From an uncultured archaeon (GTDB lineage: Archaea; Iainarchaeota; Iainarchaeia; Iainarchaeales; Iainarchaeaceae): a stretch of 32,000 bases of DNA. Positions 18,211 through 25,300 of the stretch are shown one piece after another. The DNA is taken from the NCBI GenBank assembly GCA_964577555.1, contig CAZNZM010000009.1, positions 7,379 through 39,378 on the forward strand. The letters are read 5' to 3'. Made by a program: the position numbers and the translations under genes. The notes beneath the pieces are model-generated. The model searched no databases and had not been told where the DNA came from. It worked only from the letters and a program-made list of their open reading frames with translations. Position 1 is the first letter of the stretch, and each line of letters opens with the position of its first letter.

Positions 18211-18267
18211 ATAAATTGCTTTTATTAAAGATAAAGATGAATAAAAGAATAAGTCAAAGACCTACTG

Positions 18268-18765
18268 TTGTTAAAGGATATTATCTTAAAAATCCTTGGA
18301 TATCTGGCTCTCCTTCTGTCAGAAAAAAAAAGCAAACGCAGCATATTTCTTTATAGAAAATTTCGTTATAAACTTACTCAAAATGAAGTCGCTCGTATTG
18401 GCATAAATGAAGTATCTCTTAATGTAATTGATAAGATTGCTGATGGGTTACATGATTTTGTAACTAAAGAAGGAATATTGGACAAGTATGATGCTGATTT
18501 AATGAAGACTACTTTCATTAATGGGACTGTGATTGGGTATAGGATAAGCGCGACTTTGACTTCTGAATGCTTATTTGTTTTGGAAGGTATATTTGAAAAG
18601 TTAAAACCTGAAGATCTTATAAGGCTTAGAGAAAAATTTATAAGTTTTAATAAATCAAATGCAATAGATTTTATAATTTTTAGAAAAGCACTTGATATAG
18701 CAATTGAAAGAAGTAAACAAAAAAATTATCCAAAAAAATCTGAAAAAAATAATTTTAATTTTTAA
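18268..18765 (+). CDS. hypothetical protein (possibly the 3' part of a frameshifted gene starting at ATG 18237)
   Basis: The 165-aa ORF opens only with TTG, has no SD, and has no in-frame ATG until far downstream. A 39-codon ATG ORF (18237-18356) in the -1 register overlaps it across an A9 run (18323-18331). No family was recognised. Confidence 0.45.
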   Translation: MLKDIILKILGYLALLLSEKKSKRSIFLYRKFRYKLTQNEVARIGINEVSLNVIDKIADGLHDFVTKEGILDKYDADLMKTTFINGTVIGYRISATLTSECLFVLEGIFEKLKPEDLIRLREKFISFNKSNAIDFIIFRKALDIAIERSKQKNYPKKSEKNNFNF

Positions 18766-18975
18766 AATAAAAATAGTTTGTCAAAACAAAAATATTATAA
18801 TATAAAAAGACAAAAAATAAAATTGGCAAAAGATATTTGGCAAAAAATAATCAGAAAAATAACTGGCAAAAACAAAAACTAATTTTATAAAAAAATGGCT
18901 CGGAAAAAACAATTCACAAAATGGGTTAACAAAATTTTCAAATAATTTTTATCTCAATAAAACCAAAAAATATTC

Positions 18976-19665
18976 TCATCCCTTAAGCCATTTTACAGCC
19001 GCATAAACAAAAGGAGTGTTTATTATTGAAAGAGAAAGTTTCAAACCCAAATACGGCAGTGCCAATGAAACCACAAACCAAAAATCATATCCTTTTATCA
19101 AACCAAAGAAATTCCAAAAAGCCAAAAACATGAAACAAAAAGTGTCAATCGTCTGTCCAATAAAATTGCTGGCGTTAACCCTGAACCAAAGAAATTTGCC
19201 TCTCATTGATTCTTTCAACCTGGTGAAGACCAATGCATCATTCAAATCTGCCAAAACAAAAGAAACAAGGCTTGCAAAAATCATACGCATGCTTGTTGAA
19301 AAAACCGAATTGAATTGTTCAGCCTTGACCCAGCTTCTTTCCGCAAAAGGCAAAGCAGTTGAAACTATGACAAAAAAGAAAACAACTGCAAGACAAAGCG
19401 CAGTAATCCAAATCAATTCCCTTGATTTTGTCCTGCCATAAACTTCACTGATTGAATCCAATAAAAAAAATGTAAAGAAAAAAGGAATAATTCCAACACT
19501 AAAAACAATTGGAAAATCTGATAAGTACAGAAAAGATATTTTGCCTCCAATAAGGTTGGACATTATTACTGAAGAAATGAAAAGTCCAAAGAAAAAATTC
19601 AATCTAAATTCAGCTGTTAAAATTTTTTTATGCATGGATAAAAACATAATAGCAAAAACATACAA
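18976..19665 (-). CDS. yhhQ: queuosine-precursor (preQ0/preQ1) transporter, YhhQ/DUF165 family
   Basis: Polytopic 229-aa protein. FPIVFSVGIIPFFFTFFLLDSISEVYG, ASLVSFVLADLNDALVFTRLK and NFIGQTIDTFCFMFLAFW parallel the conserved YhhQ blocks. The start could be an internal Met (for example 19635). Confidence 0.75.
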   Translation of the reverse strand: MYVFAIMFLSMHKKILTAEFRLNFFFGLFISSVIMSNLIGGKISFLYLSDFPIVFSVGIIPFFFTFFLLDSISEVYGRTKSRELIWITALCLAVVFFFVIVSTALPFAERSWVKAEQFNSVFSTSMRMIFASLVSFVLADLNDALVFTRLKESMRGKFLWFRVNASNFIGQTIDTFCFMFLAFWNFFGLIKGYDFWFVVSLALPYLGLKLSLSIINTPFVYAAVKWLKG

Positions 19666-19779
19666 AAGTATTAAAATATTGGCTTGCGTTTTCCAATGTT
19701 TTTTAAGGCTGATTGGGATACCTGTCCATGCAAACTTTGAAAATATGAAGAATTTGGCTACTGCATTTTATTTAGTAAG

Positions 19780-19789
19780 TTTTAAATAT
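19780..19789 (+). promoter_or_regulatory. TATA-box-like element upstream of the eL41 gene
   Basis: TTTTAAATAT lies about 40 nt upstream of TTG 19827. SD-like GGTGA at 19816-19820 lies 6 nt before the start. Confidence 0.35.
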
Positions 19790-19826
19790 GTTTTTGAATG
19801 AATTGAAGTAGTATTGGTGATTTTTT

Positions 19827-19955
19827 TTGAGCAAAAGAGCAAACGATACTTCTAGATTCAAAAAGACAAGAGCAAGGCAAAGATGGAAGTGGCATAAAAA
19901 AAAGATGCGCAGAAAGAAAAGAAAGCGAAGGTATATGAGAGAAAGAGCCAAGTAA
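19827..19955 (+). CDS. rpl41e: ribosomal protein eL41 (L41e)
   Basis: Hand-translated 42-aa ORF: (M)SKRANDTSRFKKTRARQRWKWHKKKMRRKKRKRRYMRERAK. The C-terminal 24 aa align without gaps to eukaryotic eL41 ([25 protein letters not shown]) at 17 identical positions. The TTG start has GGTGA upstream. The antisense 67-aa track ORF is considered spurious. Confidence 0.6.
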   Translation: MSKRANDTSRFKKTRARQRWKWHKKKMRRKKRKRRYMRERAK

Positions 19956-20011
19956 ATAAAAGTCATAAAACGCAAAAAATTAAAAATAATTTTTTTTAAA
20001 ATTCATTGTTT

Positions 20012-20860
20012 TTATTTAACGATTCTTTTAATAGTTTGCTTTATTTTATGGTAAGACTTGTAAGTCAACCGCAATAAGTAGTATATTGGCGGTTTTAGTT
20101 CGTTTTTTCCTTTGCCGTAGCCAAAATTTTTTATTGGCCTGAATATATAAGTCATTCCTGCATTGTGGACTATTTTTATTTTTTCGCCGCTTGGAAAATA
20201 AAATTCGCCATTAACAATCTTGAATTCGTTTTCACTAGTAGTTACTACAAAATTCCAGGTTTTATCCAAAGGCACAAAACCGACTTTATATAATATATAA
20301 TTTACTGCAATTTGTTCAGGTCCGAATTGGTCTTTGTTTATTAATATTCTGTCGAGTTCGTTTGCCAATTTTAGCATGAGTTTTTGGGGTCCAACTATCA
20401 TTCCTGCATTTATCATTCTTTTGTTTTTTATAGTGTTTTTGATTTTCTTTTCTTCATTTTTAATAAAATAATTTTCTATGAAAAAATCTTCAAATGGCGC
20501 GCCAATGTCTTCCTGGCATGCTTTGATTTTATTTGGTTTTATCTTAAATAGTTCGCTTACATCTCCTTGAAAAATTATGTCTCCGCCATCAACAGCCATT
20601 ATTTGTTTATACTTGTGTTTTTTCAAATATTTTGCCGTGTCTTTCCATCTTATGCAAGTTATGTGCCCTTTGAGTTTGCATTTTTTTACTATTGCATTAT
20701 TTTTCTTCAACGCTTTAACTTGTCTTTTGTTGAGTCCGTAATCCAATATAATTATATCAATGTTTTCCAAATTTGAATTATCTTTCAAAGATTTAAGCCA
20801 ATGATTTACAAGAAAATCGCCATATTTTTCATTGGAACTTGTAAAAATAGCGTTTTTCAT
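20012..20860 (-). CDS. nucleotide-diphospho-sugar transferase, glycosyltransferase family 8-like
   Basis: 282 aa. The N-terminus IFTSSNEKY, the DxD-like AVDGGDI and the segment MINAGMIVG resemble GT8-type retaining transferases. The family call is tentative. Confidence 0.55.
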   Translation of the reverse strand: MKNAIFTSSNEKYGDFLVNHWLKSLKDNSNLENIDIIILDYGLNKRQVKALKKNNAIVKKCKLKGHITCIRWKDTAKYLKKHKYKQIMAVDGGDIIFQGDVSELFKIKPNKIKACQEDIGAPFEDFFIENYFIKNEEKKIKNTIKNKRMINAGMIVGPQKLMLKLANELDRILINKDQFGPEQIAVNYILYKVGFVPLDKTWNFVVTTSENEFKIVNGEFYFPSGEKIKIVHNAGMTYIFRPIKNFGYGKGKNELKPPIYYLLRLTYKSYHKIKQTIKRIVK

Positions 20861-20953
20861 AGATCATATTATGTTGTTTAATTCCTATTTATTAAACAAT
20901 TGCTTAAATTCATTTTTGAAAGTATTATAATTGTTGTTTTTGAGTGGTGTATA

Positions 20954-21658
20954 ATGAAGGTTTCAATTGTTATTCCTGCATTAAACGAGGAAAAATATCT
21001 TCCAAAATTGCTTGATTCTTTGTCTGCACAGAAAACAAAATTCAAGTACGAGATTATAGTGGCTGATGGTTATAGCGAGGATAATACTGTTAAAATAGCA
21101 AAAAAAGCTGGTGCCAAAGTTGTAATGGAGCATAACAGGTCTGCTGCTTGGGAAAGAAATGCTGGTGCAAAAATTGCTTCTGGCGATATAATTGCTTTTG
21201 TTGATTCTGACACTATTGTTCCTAAAGATTGGGTTGAAAGAATTGGCTCTGAATTTGAAAATAGCAAAGATGTGGTAATGGTTTATGGTTGTGCTTATTT
21301 GCTTGAAGAATCAAAATTGATGAATTCATTAGTGCTTTTTTCAACTAAATTGTTTATTTCTATTCTTTCATTTTTTGGGATTCATAATGCACCTGGCTTT
21401 AACATGGCTGTTAGAAAAGACATTTATAATAAGTGTGGCGGTTTTGATACTTCGCTTTTTACTGCAGAAGACCTTGATTTGGCAAAAAAAATGTCTGTAT
21501 TTGGAAAAATCAAATTTGTTCCGGATCTCATTGTCTGGGTTTCAGCAAGAAGAATAAAAAAATGGGGGCTCTTGAAATTTGTTGGTTTTAACTTGGCAAA
21601 CTTGTTTAATTTTACTTTTAAAGGGAAAGCATCTAAAAATTACGAGAGTGTGAGATAG
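20954..21658 (+). CDS. glycosyltransferase family 2
   Basis: MKVSIVIPALNEEKYLPKLLDSL, IIVADGYSEDNT and the DxD motif VDSDT are the classic GT2 (GT-A) pattern. ATG 20954 is preferred over the track start at 20900. Confidence 0.85.
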   Translation: MKVSIVIPALNEEKYLPKLLDSLSAQKTKFKYEIIVADGYSEDNTVKIAKKAGAKVVMEHNRSAAWERNAGAKIASGDIIAFVDSDTIVPKDWVERIGSEFENSKDVVMVYGCAYLLEESKLMNSLVLFSTKLFISILSFFGIHNAPGFNMAVRKDIYNKCGGFDTSLFTAEDLDLAKKMSVFGKIKFVPDLIVWVSARRIKKWGLLKFVGFNLANLFNFTFKGKASKNYESVR

Positions 21659-22813
21659 TTGAATATAGCTTATTTTACAGATTCTTACGAGCCGCAAATT
21701 AACGGGGTTGTAACACAAATAAATAACATGGCTAAAGAATCCTTGAGGAAAGGACACAAGTTTTTGATAGTCGCGCCTTCGCCTGACATGAATTTTAAAG
21801 AGAGATATTGCCATGGTGTCAAAGTTTTTTTAATGCCTTCAATTGCTTTGCCGACTTATAAGGATTATAGAATTTCTTATTTCAGATCTGAAAAAATTTT
21901 GAGTGAAATGAAAATTTTCAAGCCTGATGTTATCCATGTTCATACTCCTTTTGGAATAGGCTGGCTTGGTGTTTGGGTTGCAAAAAAACTCGGGGTAAGG
22001 CTTGTTGGAACTTATCACACTTTGATTCCTGATTTTTTGGTATATTTGCCAATTCCTTTTTTTAATCAAACCAATTTGGCAAAAAAATTGGCTTGGAAGT
22101 ATACTAATTGGTTTTACATGAATTGCGATGTTTTAACTACTATAACCAATGTTACAAAAAAAGAACTTGAGAAAAACGGGTTGAAAAAAATCAATGTAAT
22201 TCCGAATTCTATTGATTTTGAAAAATTTAATAAATTCAAAAAAAAAATTTACAAATCAAAAGGGTTGAAGCTTATTTATTTTGGAAGAATTAGTTATGAA
22301 AAAAATATTGATGTTCTTATATTAGCTCTTGAAAAATTGGTTTCTTATGAAAAAAATGTTTATCTCACGATAGTTGGTTCAGGGCCTGCTCTTGAAAGCT
22401 TGAAAAAATTGGTTGAAAAAAAAGGTTTGTCTGAAAGGGTTAGCTTTTTGGGGGCTGTTGGGCATGATGAACTTCCAAAAATAATTTCGCAACACGATAT
22501 TTTTGTTACTGCTTCAACAATTGAAACGCAAGGACTTACTACCATAGAATCAATGGCAATCGGCTTGCCTTGTGTTGCCGCGGATGCGCGTGCCAATTCA
22601 GAAATGATTTTGCATGGCAAAAACGGTTATTTATTCAAGCCTTTTGATGCTGTTGATTGTGCTGAAAAAATACTTTTGCTTGAGTCAGCTTCAAAAAGAA
22701 GAAAATTTGGTTTGTTTGGAATGAGATTCGTGAAAAGATTTTCTGTTGAAAAAGTTTTTGCAAGTTTTTTGGCTCTTTATTCAAAAATACAAAAAAATGC
22801 GGAAAGCAATTGA
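21659..22813 (+). CDS. glycosyltransferase family 4 (GT-B, GT1 clan)
   Basis: The N-terminus FTDSYEPQINGV, plus GRISYEKNIDVLILAL and the EX7E-type segment ETQGLTTIESMAIGLPCVA. The TTG start lies immediately after the GT2 stop. Confidence 0.85.
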   Translation: MNIAYFTDSYEPQINGVVTQINNMAKESLRKGHKFLIVAPSPDMNFKERYCHGVKVFLMPSIALPTYKDYRISYFRSEKILSEMKIFKPDVIHVHTPFGIGWLGVWVAKKLGVRLVGTYHTLIPDFLVYLPIPFFNQTNLAKKLAWKYTNWFYMNCDVLTTITNVTKKELEKNGLKKINVIPNSIDFEKFNKFKKKIYKSKGLKLIYFGRISYEKNIDVLILALEKLVSYEKNVYLTIVGSGPALESLKKLVEKKGLSERVSFLGAVGHDELPKIISQHDIFVTASTIETQGLTTIESMAIGLPCVAADARANSEMILHGKNGYLFKPFDAVDCAEKILLLESASKRRKFGLFGMRFVKRFSVEKVFASFLALYSKIQKNAESN

Positions 22814-22954
22814 TTATAAACAAATTCTAAGTAAAAAAACATTGTTCCTGCCAAAGTCATGCAATTGGCTGAATTTAAAAAAAAATTTTTATAGTTGAAA
22901 GGCTTCACCATGCTTTTGCTTTTGAAGAGAACAGAAAATAGGCCAACCAAATTT

Positions 22955-22964
22955 TTTTATAAAA
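22955..22964 (+). promoter_or_regulatory. distal TATA-like element upstream of the rRNA operon
   Basis: TTTTTATAAA sits at the AT-rich to GC-rich transition, about 520 nt upstream of 16S and about 45 nt upstream of ATG 23004. Confidence 0.3.
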
Positions 22965-23003
22965 AATATTTGCTTTTGAATTGTTTTTGGGATTGGTGAT
23001 TTA

Positions 23004-23234
23004 ATGAATTGGCCTAGTAAGGCTCAAACGCCTATAATAGGGCGGGGGTTTAGGAAAACAAAGCATAGAGGCCAGATTCAACGCTGGTTTTGCCAGCGTT
23101 GCAAGCACACCTTCATAGAAAAGGATGCTTTCTGGCATAAGCATAAATCTCCAGAAACAGCTAGAGAAATATTTATAAACCCTGCTTGCGACATATATAT
23201 TCACGCATTTGAACCAAGAATAATTTTTTTATAA
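23004..23234 (+). pseudogene. possible relic of an IS-type transposase N-terminal zinc-ribbon/HTH protein (InsA-like), or a spurious ORF in the rRNA leader
   Basis: In the 76-aa ORF, GRGFRKTKHRGQIQRWFCQRCKHTF resembles the second half of the IS1-InsA-type zinc ribbon (G.....G.QRY.C..C..TF). The first CxxC is missing and the putative HTH is truncated. The region is GC-richer than neighbouring genes. Confidence 0.2.
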
Positions 23235-23235
23235 G
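23226..23235 (+). promoter_or_regulatory. proximal TATA-like element of the rRNA operon
   Basis: TTTTTATAAG lies about 245 nt upstream of the 16S 5' end and about 125 nt upstream of the 16S processing stem. Confidence 0.35.
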
Positions 23236-23330
23236 TGCTTGTGATCGCCATTTTTGGCGTGATTTGAGACCCATCTTTTGCAGTGTTGCGGAAAGCGTGC
23301 TTTCTGCACTTGGTTTAATGCAAAGATGAG

Positions 23331-23355
23331 TACCAAAGTTGTTTTTGGTATGATG
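23331..23355 (+). promoter_or_regulatory. 16S-leader hairpin TACCAAA-GTTGTT-TTTGGTA followed by TGATG (copy 1 of a leader motif)
   Basis: Perfect 7-bp stem (23331-23337 / 23344-23350) with TGATG at 23351-23355. The 18-nt core ACCAAAGTTGTTTTTGGT is identical to 25306-25323. Confidence 0.6.
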
Positions 23356-23357
23356 TT

Positions 23358-23390
23358 GGTCTGCCAAGAGGTTTTCCGAGAGCGGAAAAC
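23358..23390 (+). other. pre-16S processing stem, 5' strand, with BHB-like motif
   Basis: GGTCTGCCAA (23358-23367) pairs perfectly with TTGGCAGACC (25022-25031). CCGAGAGCGGAAAAC (23376-23390) pairs with GTTTTCTGCTCTTGG (24999-25013) over 15 bp including 2 G-U. The 8x8-nt region between them fits a 3-4-3 bulge-helix-bulge geometry. Confidence 0.7.
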
Positions 23391-23476
23391 TAATTATTAA
23401 ATCCGCAATCAATGAATTGCGGATCCAATTCCATTGAGTGGATATCCGAATATGCCAAAAGGCTTCTGGATTGATA

Positions 23477-24965
23477 ATTCCAGCTGATCCTGCTGGCGGA
23501 TACTGCTATCGAAGTTCGACTAAGCCATGCAAGTCTGAGAGGCCAAGTCATGGTGGTCTCTGGCGTACGGCTCAGTAACACGTGGTTAATCTACCCTAAG
23601 GAAGGGCTAATCCCGGGAAACTGGGGCTAATACCCTATAGGAATTAGCTACTGGAATATGCTTTTTCCAAAAAAATGCGCACCATGCAAGCGTTATTGCC
23701 TTAGGATGAGACTGCGGTGGATTAGGTAGTTGGCGGGGTAAATGCCCACCAAGCCGAAGATCCATACGGGCCTTGAGAGAGGTAGCCCGGAGAAGGGTAC
23801 TGAGATAAGGACCCTAGCCCTACGGGGTGCAGCAGGCGCGAAAATTCTGCAATACACGAAAGTGTGACAGAGGAACTTCGAGTGATCCCTTTGGGATCTT
23901 TTGCCAACTTTAGAAAGGTTGGCGAATAAGAGCTGGGTAATATGCGTGCCAGCCGCCGCGGTAATACGCAAGGCTCTAGTGGTATCCCCTCATATTGGGC
24001 CTAAAGCGTTCGTAGCCGGTTCGGTAAGTCTTTTGTGAAATCGGCTCTCTTAAGGAGTCGAATTGCAAAAGAAACTGCCGGGCTTGAGAATGGGAGATGT
24101 GAAGGGAATTTTCGGAGTAACGGTGAAATGTTGTGATCCCGAAAAGACCACCAGTAGCGAAGGCGCTTCACAAGAACATATCTGACGGTGAGGAACGAAA
24201 GCTGGGGGAGCGACCCGGATTAGATACCCGGTTAGTCCCAGCCGTAAACGATGCGGACTAGGTGTCCTAGCGCTCATGTAGTGCGGGGGTGCCGAAGCGA
24301 AGGTCTTAAGTCCGCCGCCTGGGGAGTATACTCGCAAGGGTGAAACTTAATGGAATTGGCGGGGACGCACTACAAGGGGTGGATGCTGCGGTTTAATTGG
24401 ACACAACGCCAGAAAACTCACCAGGGGCGACAGCAGAATGATGGACAGTCTAAAGGGCTTTCCTGACACGCTGAGAGGTGTTGTATGGTCATCGTCAGCT
24501 CGTACTATGAAGCGTCCTGTCAACTCAGGCAACGGGCGAGACCCATGCCCATAGTTGCGATCTTCTGATTCCAGGAGAGCACTCTATGGGGACTGCAGTA
24601 GCAATACTGAGGAAGGAGTGGGCAACGGTAGATCTGTATGGCCCGAATCTCCTGGGCTACACGCGGCATACAATGGACAAGACAATGAGTTGCAAACCCG
24701 AAAGGGCAAGCTAATCCCATAAACTTGTCCTCAGTTCGGATTGAGGGTTGTAACCCACCCTCATGAAGATGGAATCCCCAGTAATCGCATGTCACTATCG
24801 TGCGGTGAATAAGTCCCTGCGTCTTGCACACACCGCCCATCAAGCCAGCTGAGTGAGATTTGGATGAGGCATACCTCTTTTGAGGAATGTCGATTCCAGG
24901 TTTCGCGAGGGGGGCTAAGTTGTAACAAGGTGTCCGTAGGGGAACCTGCGGACGGATCACCTCCT
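23477..24965 (+). rRNA. 16S (SSU) ribosomal RNA, archaeal type
   Basis: Starts ATTCCAGCTGATCCTGCTGGCGGA, contains GTGCCAGCCGCCGCGGTAATAC and GGATTAGATACCCGG, and ends GGATCACCTCCT. Length is 1489 nt. GC is much higher than in the surrounding genes. Confidence 0.95.
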
Positions 24966-24998
24966 TTCAACGCCTTGAATATCATTTCAAGGCAACGT

Positions 24999-25031
24999 GT
25001 TTTCTGCTCTTGGAACTTTGATTGGCAGACC
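24999..25031 (+). other. pre-16S processing stem, 3' strand
   Basis: Complement of 23358-23390 as described for the 5' strand. It starts 34 nt after the 16S 3' end. Confidence 0.7.
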
Positions 25032-25148
25032 TGCAAGCGCTTTTCATTTTTCGTTTGCAAAATTTGGAAAGTATTTGTTTTGGGCTATATATACTCTCAT
25101 ATGCAACCGGCTTTCGCCGCGGAGAGCTAGGGTTCAATGAGAATTTTT

Positions 25149-25220
25149 GGGCCCTTAGCTCAGTGGCAGAGCGCTCCGTTTGCATCGGAGAGGCCACGGG
25201 TTCAAATCCCGTAGGGTCCA
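25149..25220 (+). tRNA. tRNA-Ala (anticodon UGC) in the 16S-23S spacer
   Basis: 72-nt cloverleaf. Acceptor GGGCCCT/AGGGTCC including the G3:U70 alanine identity pair, anticodon loop TTTGCAT and T arm ACGGG-TTCAAAT-CCCGT. There is no encoded CCA. Confidence 0.95.
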
Positions 25221-25224
25221 AATG

Positions 25225-25250
25225 CTTTTCTTTTCAGGAGAAAAGAAAAG
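25225..25250 (+). other. perfect 11-bp pyrimidine/purine hairpin immediately 3' of tRNA-Ala
   Basis: CTTTTCTTTTC-AGGA-GAAAAGAAAAG starts 5 nt after the tRNA and is followed by TTGTTTTTAT. Confidence 0.6.
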
Positions 25251-25300
25251 TTGTTTTTATACTTACTAAAGAAAAAATTAAATGGTTGAATTTAAGTAAG

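Noticed and set aside
18824-18871. Three copies of TGGCAAAA (18824, 18838, 18864) in the A-rich spacer between the convergent orphan ORF and yhhQ
   Set aside because: It is a short motif in a low-complexity A-rich convergent 3' region where no promoter is expected. The spacing is irregular (14 and 26 nt), which is compatible with chance.
19772-19975. 67-aa hydrophobic ORF on the - strand
   Set aside because: It is antisense to a much better-supported eL41 gene, which has an SD, a TATA-like box and strong similarity to eL41. A Phe/Leu-rich antisense frame is the expected mirror of Lys/Arg codons.
18152-20011. Integrated element at tRNA-Glu (orphan gene immediately downstream of a tRNA)
   Set aside because: I found no integrase or other mobile-element gene, and no direct repeat of the tRNA 3' half downstream. 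The neighbouring genes (yhhQ, rpl41e) are housekeeping.
23425-25150. Alternative 16S flanking helix CCAATTCCATTGAGT (23425-23439) with GTTCAATGAGAATTTTTGG (25132-25150)
   Set aside because: It needs two bulges and two G-U pairs and would consume the first two bases of tRNA-Ala. The helix at 23358-23390 / 24999-25031 is far stronger, so this one is probably fortuitous.
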